From contig VXMD01000035.1 in the NCBI GenBank assembly GCA_009841255.1, positions 4,453 to 68,452 on the forward strand: a DNA stretch of 64,000 nt. The letters run 5' to 3'. Shown here piece by piece: positions 1-8,760 of this stretch (position 1 is its first letter; the number at the start of each line of letters is the position of its first letter). The stretch is from Candidatus Poribacteria bacterium (GTDB taxonomy: Bacteria > Poribacteria > WGA-4E > WGA-3G). The position numbers and the translations under genes are program-made. The notes under the pieces are model-generated. The model had not been told where the DNA came from. It worked only from the letters and a program-made list of their open reading frames with translations, and did no database searches.

Positions 1-795
1 AGGTGGGTTGGCGACAGCGAAATCGAAGGTTCTAAGCCTATCAACTTCTGTGAAATCAGGTGCAGCGAGCGTGTTGCCGTGTCGTAAGTCAGCGGTCTCG
101 TTGTCGTGGAGGATCATGTTCATACACGCCAGTGCGTAAGTAGCGTTGTCCTTTTCCTGTCCATAGATACTCAACCCACGGGGCGCGATGTCTGTTGCTT
201 GGAGCAGTAGCGAACCGGAGCCGCAAGCGGGGTCGTAAATCGTTTCATCCTGTTGCGTATCCGGACCGATACCGATGACCTGTGCCATGATGCGGGAGAC
301 TTCGGTGGGTGTGTAGAACTGTCCTTTGCTTTTGCCGGATTCGGTAGCGAAATGCCGCATGAGGTATTCATAAGCATCGCCTAAAAGATCGTCACCTTCC
401 ACCCGATTGGCTCGGAAATCGAGGCTCTCAAATATGGCAACGAGTTTTGTGAGCCGATCCTGCATCTCTTTGCCTCTGCCGAGTTTACTGTCGTCGTTGA
501 AATCTGCCTGATCGATGATGCCTTTGAGGTCGTTCTCCTCGGCGAGTCTTCCGATGATTTTGTTAATTTTGTCTCCGATCTCCTTGTCGCCTTTGAGGTT
601 TGTCATATCGGCGAATCCGCCGCCTTCGGGGACGAAGATGAGTGAGTCGGGATCGCTGGCAGCTTTGTCGGAGACGTATTTCATGAAGAGGAGCGTGAGG
701 ATATAGTCTTTGTATTGGGAGGCATCCATCCCGCCGCGGAGTTCATCGCAACTTTGCCAGAGTGAGGCATAGAGTTGTGATTTTTTTATCGCCAT
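1..795 (-). CDS. hsdM: Type I restriction-modification N6-adenine DNA methyltransferase subunit HsdM, N-terminal 265 aa. The gene runs off the left window edge and was missed by the ORF track because it is truncated.
   Basis: Reverse-strand translation from the ATG at 793-795 gives MAIKKSQLYASLWQSCDELRGGMDASQYKDYILTLLFMKYVSDK...GDAYEYLMRHFATESGKSKGQFYTPTEVSRIMAQVIG...DPACGSGSLL...NPP. This matches the canonical HsdM N-terminus and SAM-binding motifs, and the frame stays open to position 1. Confidence 0.9.
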   Translation of the reverse strand, partial: MAIKKSQLYASLWQSCDELRGGMDASQYKDYILTLLFMKYVSDKAASDPDSLIFVPEGGGFADMTNLKGDKEIGDKINKIIGRLAEENDLKGIIDQADFNDDSKLGRGKEMQDRLTKLVAIFESLDFRANRVEGDDLLGDAYEYLMRHFATESGKSKGQFYTPTEVSRIMAQVIGIGPDTQQDETIYDPACGSGSLLLQATDIAPRGLSIYGQEKDNATYALACMNMILHDNETADLRHGNTLAAPDFTEVDRLRTFDFAVANPP

Positions 796-1094
796 ATTTA
801 AATCCTTTCTTGAGGTTAGGACTTACGTATTTCCTCTTAAAGTCCCCCTGATAAGGGGGATTTAGGGGGTTAAATACAACGGAATATGCCCTTTTCTGTT
901 CAATTTGCGTAAGTCCTGTTGAGGTATTAGGGGAAGTATACCAAAGGCGACCGATTCAGTCAACAGGTTTAGGATAGCGTTAGGGAGGCATTCGGTTTTC
1001 TGATTGTTTTGAGCAGAGGACCGCGACCGGGAGGTCACTCCCACAGCAGGGGACTCAAGCAGAGTCGTGTATGATTATCTCTGCCCGTCTTTTT

Positions 1095-1409
1095 TTACAG
1101 TTGTAGCCATTGACGCACAGCATCTTCAACCGTGGATAATTGCTCGGGCTGAAGATTTCCCAATTTTCTCAAAAACTTTGCTTCTGAGACCGTGACCAGA
1201 CTTTGTGCATCGAAAACACCGGTATCCAGAAATCTCGTTTTTATAAGGATTTCAAATCTTGAACCGCGCGCGCTCGTTGTATGCGTGACAACGGTGACGA
1301 GCGCGCGATCTTGGAGGCGAGCAGGGATGCTAATGACAAGGCAAGGTCTGACCTTGGCTACCATCCCGAGATCAACTAACCAGACTTCTCCTCGGTTTTG
1401 CTTCGGCAT
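1095..1409 (-). CDS. MazF/PemK-family type II toxin (mRNA interferase)
   Basis: MPKQNRGEVWLVDLG...KVRPCLVIS is the typical MazF/Kid N-terminal signature. The start is taken at the internal ATG at 1409; the longer ORF in the track starts at 1454. Confidence 0.65.
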   Translation of the reverse strand: MPKQNRGEVWLVDLGMVAKVRPCLVISIPARLQDRALVTVVTHTTSARGSRFEILIKTRFLDTGVFDAQSLVTVSEAKFLRKLGNLQPEQLSTVEDAVRQWLQL

Positions 1410-1620
1410 CCTCTGTCTCCGTTTTGTCGTGTTCAACGAAAAGTGCGTCAGCAATTTCCGTGAGTGCCTCGTCTGTCAATGGTGGAATCTCCAGCAAAGC
1501 TACTTGCTTTATGATTTCAGAGGCGATCGCATGCTTTTCAATCTCAGGAAGTTGATTAAATGCCTCTAATATGTTCTGTGAGGTTGTGTGCATCCGGGAC
1601 CTCCATAAAGGTGTTACCAA
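1372..1620 (-). CDS. Putative antitoxin or addiction-module component paired with the MazF-like toxin
   Basis: An 82-aa acidic ORF lies immediately upstream of the toxin and overlaps it. Its EAF.QLP.IEKHAIASEII and EALTEIADAL pattern resembles small addiction-module components. The assignment rests on position and pattern only. Confidence 0.4.
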   Translation of the reverse strand: MVTPLWRSRMHTTSQNILEAFNQLPEIEKHAIASEIIKQVALLEIPPLTDEALTEIADALFVEHDKTETEDAEAKPRRSLVS

Positions 1621-2669
1621 TCCTCGTCAAAGAACGGAGTGCTTGGGTAGCTATAGACCCCGCCTTCGTAGTTGCGGAGTTGGATTTCGTCGTCGTCAAA
1701 AGCGACAACTGGGTTAGGAATCAGCGCAATCTTCCCACCCCCACCGGGGGCATCCACGACATAATGCGGCACACCCAGCCCAGAGATATGCCCACGCAAC
1801 GCCGCAACGATGTCTAAGCCTGCCTGCACGGCTGTCCGGAAATGGTCAGTGCCCACGACAAGATCCGCTTGATAGATATAGTAGGGCTTAACTCGGATAC
1901 GCAACAATCCTTTCATCAGTTCCACCATCACATCGGGATCGTCATTCACACCTTTCAGGAGCACTGCTTGGTTACCGAGCGGTATACCGGCATCGGCTAA
2001 CATGCCGCACGCCTTCTCGGTTTCGGGTGTAATCTCGCGGGGATGGTTGAAATGGGTGTTGATATAGAAGGGATGATGCCGTTTCAGGATCGCACACAAC
2101 TCCGGTGTGATACGTTGCGGCAACGTTACGGGGACACGCGAACCGATCCGAATGATTTCCAGATGTTCAATCGCTCGGAGTCCCCCGACAATCAGCTCAA
2201 TCTTTTTATCCGTCAACATGAGCGGGTCACCACCGGAGATGATGACGTCCCGGATCTCTGGATGCGCCTGAATATAGGCGAGGCCCTTCTCAACGTTATC
2301 TTCGGAAATGGAGTGTGGGTCACCGACTTTCCGTTTCCGAGTGCAGAAACGGCAATAGATGGGACACATGTAATTGACATAGAAGAGTGCGCGATCGGGG
2401 TATCGATGCGTTACGTTTGGCACTTCACTATCGTCTTCTTCGTGAAGTGGGTCCTCTACGCCGGTGCTTATCAATTCTCTTGGGTCGGGGACGACCTGTT
2501 TCCAAATCGGGTCACCGGGTTCCTCTATGAGGCTCAGGTAATACGGATTAATGCGGATCGGGAACTCTTTGTGAATCCGCCGCATCTCCTCTAAGTCAAC
2601 ATCAAATGCAGCGGCAAGTTTTTCTGGGGTGTTGACAGTGTCTCTGACGAGACGTTTCCATTCTTCCAT
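1614..2669 (-). CDS. kamA: Lysine 2,3-aminomutase family radical-SAM protein (KamA/EpmB-like)
   Basis: It carries the CPIYCRFCTRK radical-SAM cluster motif and the overall KamA-family pattern (HRYPDRALF...GGDPLML...). The protein is 351 aa. Confidence 0.85.
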   Translation of the reverse strand: MEEWKRLVRDTVNTPEKLAAAFDVDLEEMRRIHKEFPIRINPYYLSLIEEPGDPIWKQVVPDPRELISTGVEDPLHEEDDSEVPNVTHRYPDRALFYVNYMCPIYCRFCTRKRKVGDPHSISEDNVEKGLAYIQAHPEIRDVIISGGDPLMLTDKKIELIVGGLRAIEHLEIIRIGSRVPVTLPQRITPELCAILKRHHPFYINTHFNHPREITPETEKACGMLADAGIPLGNQAVLLKGVNDDPDVMVELMKGLLRIRVKPYYIYQADLVVGTDHFRTAVQAGLDIVAALRGHISGLGVPHYVVDAPGGGGKIALIPNPVVAFDDDEIQLRNYEGGVYSYPSTPFFDEDW

Positions 2670-2836
2670 ATAGTGGGTCCATCCTTTCCAAATTTCCGAT
2701 TAAAGGTATGACTACTGTTTCAGGTTTGCGTTTGAGGGGCGGTTCGTAGTCGTGTGATGTATCGCAGGACCTGAAAGCGCAATGAATTGCGCGACTACGA
2801 ACCAGATTTACCTTCAATTCGAAACTGGATAAAGTA

Positions 2837-3370
2837 CTACGGTGCGACTTCGTAATTTTCGATTGTTACTTTGCTCATGACATCCCGTTCACGGAGTGCG
2901 TCGACCACATCCATGCCTTCAATAACCTTCCCAAACGTGGTGTAGCTACCATTTAGATGCGTATAAGGTGTTGGATCTGCGCTGATGCAGATATAAAATT
3001 GACTTCCCGCTGAGTCGGGGTTCTGTGTCCGTGCCATTGCGACAACACCCTTCTCGTGTACTGGCATCTTGTCCCGAAGTTCTGGGTCTTGGAATTCACC
3101 TGGAATCGTCCACCCGGGTCCGCCTCTCCCTGTTCCCTCTGGATCGCCGCCTTGGATAACAAAACCCGGGACGTATCGATGGAAGATTACACCGTCGTAG
3201 TATCCTGATTCAATGAGCCTCGCAAAGTTCTCTACGGTAGTTGGAGCAGCCTCTGGGTAAAGTTCAATAATGATGTTTCCTTTTTCAGTTTCAATCGTTA
3301 CATAAGGCAGTCGATTGTCATTGCATGAAATAACTGCTGCGAAAAACGCGCTTAATAAACCGAATCGCAT
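2837..3370 (-). CDS. Peptidyl-prolyl cis-trans isomerase, cyclophilin type, with an N-terminal signal peptide
   Basis: The motifs FHRYVPGFVIQGGDP...GGPG and QFYICI are characteristic of the cyclophilin fold. The N-terminus is hydrophobic. Confidence 0.9.
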   Translation of the reverse strand: MRFGLLSAFFAAVISCNDNRLPYVTIETEKGNIIIELYPEAAPTTVENFARLIESGYYDGVIFHRYVPGFVIQGGDPEGTGRGGPGWTIPGEFQDPELRDKMPVHEKGVVAMARTQNPDSAGSQFYICISADPTPYTHLNGSYTTFGKVIEGMDVVDALRERDVMSKVTIENYEVAP

Positions 3371-3711
3371 AATTTGAGTGTGAAAATTTGAGTGTTTTCA
3401 CGAATTCCTTTTAGAGTTTTATCAAAGATTTCCGACGAGTGTATACCTGATAGATAGGTTGAGCAGAAACGATGCGCTCGCCGAAAGTGTAAAGTTGGTA
3501 TACATTATACACTGATTTGCGCGTGAAGTCAAGCAGAATTTTAAAGGCATTCGGTTTCTGTAGACTTTCTATTTTTTCGCGGAAAAACGGAGCGGTTTGC
3601 AACAGATATGTGTCAGAACCTATTTCTTGCCGAGAAAAACAAGAAACTTCTGAGGAGAAGGTGTTCACCTTGACGCTGCCCGTCAGACATGGTATTCTAT
3701 TAATGTAGGAG

Positions 3712-4431
3712 GTGGTTGCAGTGCAAAGCATCTCAACGGAAAATCAAAAAACACACGAACTCTTTGCGGCACTGAAGTTGCTATCGCCGGGGACCTATCT
3801 GAGGGAAGGTATTGATTATATCATCCAAAGTAAGACCGGTGGGCTTGTTGTTTTGGGGGATACGCCAGAGATTCTGAAATTGACAGAAGGCGGTTTTCGG
3901 ATTAATTGCCCCTATACACCGACAGGCTTATATGAGTTGTCAAAGATGGATGGCGCGATTATTCTTTCTGAAGATGTGAAGCGTATCGTGCGCGCGAACG
4001 TAACGTTGAGAACAAGTTCGACAATTCCCTCGAATGAAACAGGACTCCGCCACCGCTCGGCGGATAAATTCGCACGGCAGACTGAACATATTGTCCTCGC
4101 CGTATCACGCAGCCGCAATACGCTTACCCTGTATCTCAAAGATCAACGCTATATCTTCCAAGAGCCTCCTAAATCCACTTGGTCATATTCATCGCCAAAT
4201 GTGCCTCTGGATCAAGGGGTTTCGCAGTCCTCGCTGGAGACACCGCCCTACAAACCTGGAACGGCTCTGAGTAAGATGATGGCTACTGCCGAGGCGCAGT
4301 ATATCCTTGCGGCTTTGGAAGAAAATAAATGGAACATCCAGCGGACAGCAGAAGCATTAGAAGTTGAGCGGAGCAACTTGTACAGGAAAATGAACCGGTA
4401 TGGCATTTCTCGGCCAAGTTCCATGCGCTAA
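3712..4431 (+). CDS. Diadenylate-cyclase (DAC/DisA_N) domain protein with a C-terminal Fis-type helix-turn-helix
   Basis: The DAC motifs DGAIIL and GLRHRSA (DGA ... RHR) are present. The C-terminus, AEAQYILAALEENKWNIQRTAEALEVERSNLYRKM, is a Fis/NtrC-type HTH. GGAGG lies 5-9 nt upstream of the GTG start. Confidence 0.6.
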   Translation: MVAVQSISTENQKTHELFAALKLLSPGTYLREGIDYIIQSKTGGLVVLGDTPEILKLTEGGFRINCPYTPTGLYELSKMDGAIILSEDVKRIVRANVTLRTSSTIPSNETGLRHRSADKFARQTEHIVLAVSRSRNTLTLYLKDQRYIFQEPPKSTWSYSSPNVPLDQGVSQSSLETPPYKPGTALSKMMATAEAQYILAALEENKWNIQRTAEALEVERSNLYRKMNRYGISRPSSMR

Positions 4432-4497
4432 GATTAAATTTGACAGAACACTAATGAACCAGCCACGTAGAAAAAAATAAGCAAAAGGAGTTACAAA

Positions 4498-5826
4498 ATG
4501 AACCAGTTCATCGCTTTAGTACGGAAGGGAAACGTCGCACCCAGTGAAATTTTATGCATTGGGATGCTTCTCGTTTCGCTCAGTTTGGTAGGGTGTGGCG
4601 GAAAGCTCGGCAGCATAGAAATATCGGCAGTTGACACAGCAATCTCGGACGCTGAGGCGGCTATTGCAGCAGCAGTAGAGGCGGATGCACCGACACTCGC
4701 ATCTGATTTGTTTGAAACCGCGCAAGCCAACCTTGCGTCTGCAAAAATAGCACTCGAGGAGAAAAAAGGAAACGAGGCACTCCGTCTCGCGTATCAAGCG
4801 ATAGCGAATGCGACACTCGCACAAACGAATTCCATGAATATCACTAAAAACTCGGAATTGAATACCTCTATACTCCAGAAAGAGGCTGAAGCCGAATCAC
4901 TCCGCGCGACTGTTAACAGTAAAAAGGAGGAACTCGCAGGGCTTCAGTCCGAGATACAAGATGTTCAGAGTGAGGGAACGCAACTGAAACAGACCGTTCG
5001 CGACCTCGAGAAAAAGAATCGTGAGTTAGGCGATACTCGAGCCGCCTATGGAGAACAGGTCGCGCAACTCTCTGAAACTTTAGAGGAGATTCGGGGGCGG
5101 GCACGAAGGGCGGAAACCGAGATCCGTAATTACGGGAGAGAGGTTGCAGAACTCCGTCGGAAACTTGACGTTGCTGACAGAAGGGTTCAAGAGGAAGGAT
5201 ATCAGAAACGGACAGTTATCGCTGAGATAGATTCTCTGAGACGGCAACTCCGCGAACAGGCACAAATCTATACCGAGAAGCTCGCAGAAGCCAGCCAGCA
5301 AAATGCGGGTGCAAAACATGCGGAATACCTCAAACAGAAAGCACAAGAGGCACGGGCGTATGTTGACAGTCAACCGCAGCTCCATCCGACGAAGACGGGT
5401 CGCATTGCCCTTTCGGCAGAACAGATTGCAGCGGGTAAGATGGCACTCAGTAATTGGGAGCGCGCGTGGCAGGCGAAGGACCTCAATGGACACCTTGCCT
5501 ACTATGAACCTAATATTATTGCCGACAAAGTCGTGATTCACGAGAGTAAGGAACATCGAAATAAGATCGATCTCCAGCAACTCGAAGCAGATCTTCACCA
5601 GATGGGCACCCACGCGTGGAGCAAAGCCAAATCCGATACAGAGGTCGAGGGAGAAAGCGTTATCGGTATCCATCGGCTGACCCGCTTGGCGACGCCAGCC
5701 GCAGACGAGAACGCAACGGAGCTCTACAATATTTGGATTCGTGAAGTCTGGATGCATCAAGTGGGTAACGACTGGAGAATCCATCACGAAATCTGGCAAA
5801 TCTATGAGAACGTACCAAATTTCTAA
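4498..5826 (+). CDS. Lipoprotein with a long coiled-coil region and a C-terminal NTF2/SnoaL-like (DUF4440-like) domain
   Basis: There is a lipobox LVGC after a hydrophobic signal and an AGGAG ribosome-binding site. The central part is a heptad-rich E/Q/R region. The C-terminal module WERAWQAKDL...YENVPNF is homologous to repeats in the next gene. Confidence 0.55.
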   Translation: MNQFIALVRKGNVAPSEILCIGMLLVSLSLVGCGGKLGSIEISAVDTAISDAEAAIAAAVEADAPTLASDLFETAQANLASAKIALEEKKGNEALRLAYQAIANATLAQTNSMNITKNSELNTSILQKEAEAESLRATVNSKKEELAGLQSEIQDVQSEGTQLKQTVRDLEKKNRELGDTRAAYGEQVAQLSETLEEIRGRARRAETEIRNYGREVAELRRKLDVADRRVQEEGYQKRTVIAEIDSLRRQLREQAQIYTEKLAEASQQNAGAKHAEYLKQKAQEARAYVDSQPQLHPTKTGRIALSAEQIAAGKMALSNWERAWQAKDLNGHLAYYEPNIIADKVVIHESKEHRNKIDLQQLEADLHQMGTHAWSKAKSDTEVEGESVIGIHRLTRLATPAADENATELYNIWIREVWMHQVGNDWRIHHEIWQIYENVPNF

Positions 5827-5845
5827 TTTTTGCGGAGGTTAAATT

Positions 5846-7249
5846 GTGAACGACGCACAGAACCGGCGAAGCAGCCAAAAGAAATTCACTATACCTCGGA
5901 ACCTGCTGTGGGGAGGGGCGATTGCTGCAATCGTCATCGCTTTTGCTCTATTCCTTGTGGTCTTTATGAGTTCCAGTGAGACCCCTACAGCCTTTTTGGT
6001 GAAGTGGAAAAGTGCCCTCGAATCTGGTGATCCCAAAAGATATGAAGCACTCTGGGTGAAAAGTGCACGCCAACGTCCTGATACAGGCTATCAACGGACT
6101 GTGAAACACCTGAGGAATAGCGTCAATTTTGAGGTCGACCTCGGAGGTGCCAGTCAACCCTATCGAGTACCGCGTTATGCAAACCGTTTCCGAATTGAAG
6201 GGATTCCCATCACAGCGTATCATCCGAGTGAAGCGCAACAGCAGTTACGAAACCTTGTTATTGAAAAGAAAGGGATTATTCAACAGCGGTGGAAAATTGT
6301 CCAAGAGGAGATCGTTGGTAGTGAAATCGCTCCGATGGTGTCAACGTCTCCCACGCAACACCCGAGAACTGCAGAACAGCCTAACAGTCCGGTAGCACCC
6401 TTTGTAATGGCTTGGAAGACCGCGTTAGAGACCCAGAATTTAAAGGCATATACCAACTTATGGGATAAATCTGCCCGGAAAAGCCGAGCCTCAAGTTTTG
6501 GGCGTGCCAGAGACCTGATGTCCCAAACCCATGTCGTCGATCTGACTCGGGCGACTTATACTGCTGTTCCGAGACACAAAAATCGGCACGTGGTTGACAA
6601 CATTCAGATAACTTTGCAGAATGGTAGCGATGTCATTGAGACCCACACCCGCACACTCACGATCGACAAGAAAGGGTTTTTCAGACGAAAATGGAAAATC
6701 ATGAACGATCAAATCAATGTGGCGTCTGAGGCGATCGCACTCGCGCCAGATGTGTCTGGGGTGGATACTGTCTCGGGCAAAGAGTCCGGCGGCACTTTCG
6801 ATGGAAATGCGCCATTGGATACGCACCTCAAAGTGAGACAGGTATTGGGGAAATGGCAGACGGCATGGGAAGAGAAGGACCTAAATACCTATATGTCTAT
6901 CTACTCGGATGAATCACAAATTACCCGTGTGAATGTCCGAGGTGGAAGGGAAACTTCGGTTTATCTTACAAAAGGACAACTCCGCGCGAAGATGAGGAAA
7001 CTTAACACCATGTATGCTGACATCCAGGTCTCCATCTCTAACTTACAGGTTAACGGGGATCGAGCCGTTGCAGATGTGAAGTTTCTACAAAAATTTACGG
7101 GCACACCAGCGAGTGGTAGCCGACCGGCTTACTCCGATTACGGCACTAAAAAACTCAATCTTATGGTAGATCCCACTGACGGACACTGGCGCATTTACGC
7201 CGAGACGTGGAGCCGATACGAGGATGTACCGGACTTTCCAAAAATGTAG
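5846..7249 (+). CDS. Membrane-anchored protein with three NTF2-like (DUF4440/SnoaL-like) repeats
   Basis: One N-terminal transmembrane helix is followed by three modules that begin WKSALESGD, WKTALETQN and WQTAWEEKDL. The last module ends YEDVPDF, like the protein at 4498. The start is GTG with GGAGG upstream. Confidence 0.55.
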   Translation: MNDAQNRRSSQKKFTIPRNLLWGGAIAAIVIAFALFLVVFMSSSETPTAFLVKWKSALESGDPKRYEALWVKSARQRPDTGYQRTVKHLRNSVNFEVDLGGASQPYRVPRYANRFRIEGIPITAYHPSEAQQQLRNLVIEKKGIIQQRWKIVQEEIVGSEIAPMVSTSPTQHPRTAEQPNSPVAPFVMAWKTALETQNLKAYTNLWDKSARKSRASSFGRARDLMSQTHVVDLTRATYTAVPRHKNRHVVDNIQITLQNGSDVIETHTRTLTIDKKGFFRRKWKIMNDQINVASEAIALAPDVSGVDTVSGKESGGTFDGNAPLDTHLKVRQVLGKWQTAWEEKDLNTYMSIYSDESQITRVNVRGGRETSVYLTKGQLRAKMRKLNTMYADIQVSISNLQVNGDRAVADVKFLQKFTGTPASGSRPAYSDYGTKKLNLMVDPTDGHWRIYAETWSRYEDVPDFPKM

Positions 7250-7275
7250 TTGAATAGTTGTCGGAGTTTCCAGTT

Positions 7276-7346
7276 TCCAGTTAAGAGGTTTTCATCTCAT
7301 GAGACATTCCCTCTTGTAACTGGTGACTGGTGACTTCTTTACTGAT
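7276..7346. repeat. Long imperfect palindrome with an internal short tandem repeat (family member 1)
   Basis: The left arm AGTTTCCAGTTTCCAGTTAAGAGG pairs with the right arm CCTCTTGTAACTGGTGACTGGTGACT. It is followed by a CTGATAA x2 direct repeat. The CAGTTACAAGAGG core is related to the elements at 12747 and 48122. Confidence 0.5.
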
Positions 7347-7357
7347 AACTGATAACC

Positions 7358-7765
7358 ATGTACACCGAATACCGAACCAAACGGAAAATCGAGTTCGCTG
7401 ATACCGATATGGCAGGTATCGTCCATTTTACACGGTTTTTTGTTTTTATGGAGACTGCGGAACACGAGTTCCTCCGTAGTTTAGGTACAAGTGTTGCCAC
7501 AGAATGGAGCGGAGATAAGATCGGATGGCCCCGACTCGAGGCTTCCTGTGAATACTTAAGCCCACTCCGATTCGAGGATGAGGTCGACATTCGCCTTCGA
7601 GTTACCAAAAAGGGGACGAAGTCCCTCACCTACGAATTCCATTTTACGCATCAAGGAAAAAACATCGCCCGTGGAAAGATCGCGACAGTGTGCTGTATAA
7701 CGAATCCTGGTGAAAAACTACGCGCAATTCCTATTCCAGATTTCATTTCAGATCAAATTTTTTAA
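7358..7765 (+). CDS. Acyl-CoA thioesterase, YbgC/4HBT hotdog family
   Basis: The N-terminal pattern KIEFADTDMAGIVHFTRFFVFMETAEHEFLRSLG is typical of 4HBT-type thioesterases. Confidence 0.8.
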   Translation: MYTEYRTKRKIEFADTDMAGIVHFTRFFVFMETAEHEFLRSLGTSVATEWSGDKIGWPRLEASCEYLSPLRFEDEVDIRLRVTKKGTKSLTYEFHFTHQGKNIARGKIATVCCITNPGEKLRAIPIPDFISDQIF

Positions 7766-7951
7766 TGATTCCTTGCGGAGAAACAACGTGCGTCTGAACC
7801 CTCAAGAGCGTTTCTTAAATCTGAGGAAATACCCTATCAAAAACCCCTCCACTTCGTTACGGGCTACGTGCTTTTTGTAAAGGCGGAAATACTTGCCGTT
7901 GGTGAGGGTTGTAACTCCATTGCTTTATGGAGCGCAACCAAGGAGTCATAA

Positions 7952-8608
7952 ATGAAAAAGATGCTGAAAGTATCCAATGTATCTAAAGATTTTGGGACAG
8001 TCGAAGTCTTACGGGATATTTCGTTTAGCTTCGGGAGTGGAACGTCTGTTGCCATTACAGGTCCTTCTGGTTCCGGCAAAAGCACGCTTCTGCACATCAT
8101 CGGGACCTTGGAAAAACCGTCTGGTGGCCAAGTTGAAATTAACAACACGGATCCATTTACGCTCTCTGAATCTGAACTGGCGCGCCATCGAAACGCTGTT
8201 ATCGGGTTCGTATTTCAAGAACATCATCTACTTCCACAGTATTCCGTGCTTGAAAATGTTCTGATACCTACACTCGCCTTCAGACAGGAATCTGACGCGA
8301 CCCAACGTGCACATGAACTCCTCAAGCGGGTTGAGCTCACGCATCGGACCTCGCATCGACCCGCTGAGCTTTCAGGGGGTGAACGACAACGCGTTGCGAT
8401 CGCCCGTGCCCTTATCAATCAACCCGATATTCTCCTCTGTGATGAACCGACCGGAAATTTGGATACTACGACTTCCGAAACGATCGCTGATATGCTTTTT
8501 GAGTTACATGGTGTGGAGGAAAATATACTCATCGTTGTTACGCACAATCTCGCACTGGTTGCCCGTTTTCAGCAACACCTGCAGCTTTTAGATGGAACCT
8601 TACTGTAG
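7952..8608 (+). CDS. ABC transporter ATP-binding protein (LolD/MacB-type)
   Basis: It has the Walker A motif GPSGSGKST, the signature LSGGERQRVAIARAL and the Walker B motif LLCDEPTGNLD. Confidence 0.9.
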   Translation: MKKMLKVSNVSKDFGTVEVLRDISFSFGSGTSVAITGPSGSGKSTLLHIIGTLEKPSGGQVEINNTDPFTLSESELARHRNAVIGFVFQEHHLLPQYSVLENVLIPTLAFRQESDATQRAHELLKRVELTHRTSHRPAELSGGERQRVAIARALINQPDILLCDEPTGNLDTTTSETIADMLFELHGVEENILIVVTHNLALVARFQQHLQLLDGTLL

Positions 8609-8760
8609 TTAATTTTCGTAACCGGAGCCCGTAATGAAATGGAGGGCGGATAGGTGGAAGGCACTTTCAGCATAAAAACCACTTAATTACTCCGCAAGGT
8701 ATAATTAAAAATTTTAAATACTTTTGGCAGATACATCTCATCGTCGCGCTTTGCACGGCT

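Noticed and set aside
2043-2594. A 183-aa plus-strand ORF inside the kamA region
   Set aside because: It is antisense to a well-supported radical-SAM gene and has no motifs, so it is a typical shadow ORF. The same reasoning applies to 14182-14943 inside the CoA-transferase gene, 42365-43159 inside the beta-propeller gene, 5080-5799 inside the lipoprotein gene, 40699-41283 and similar cases.
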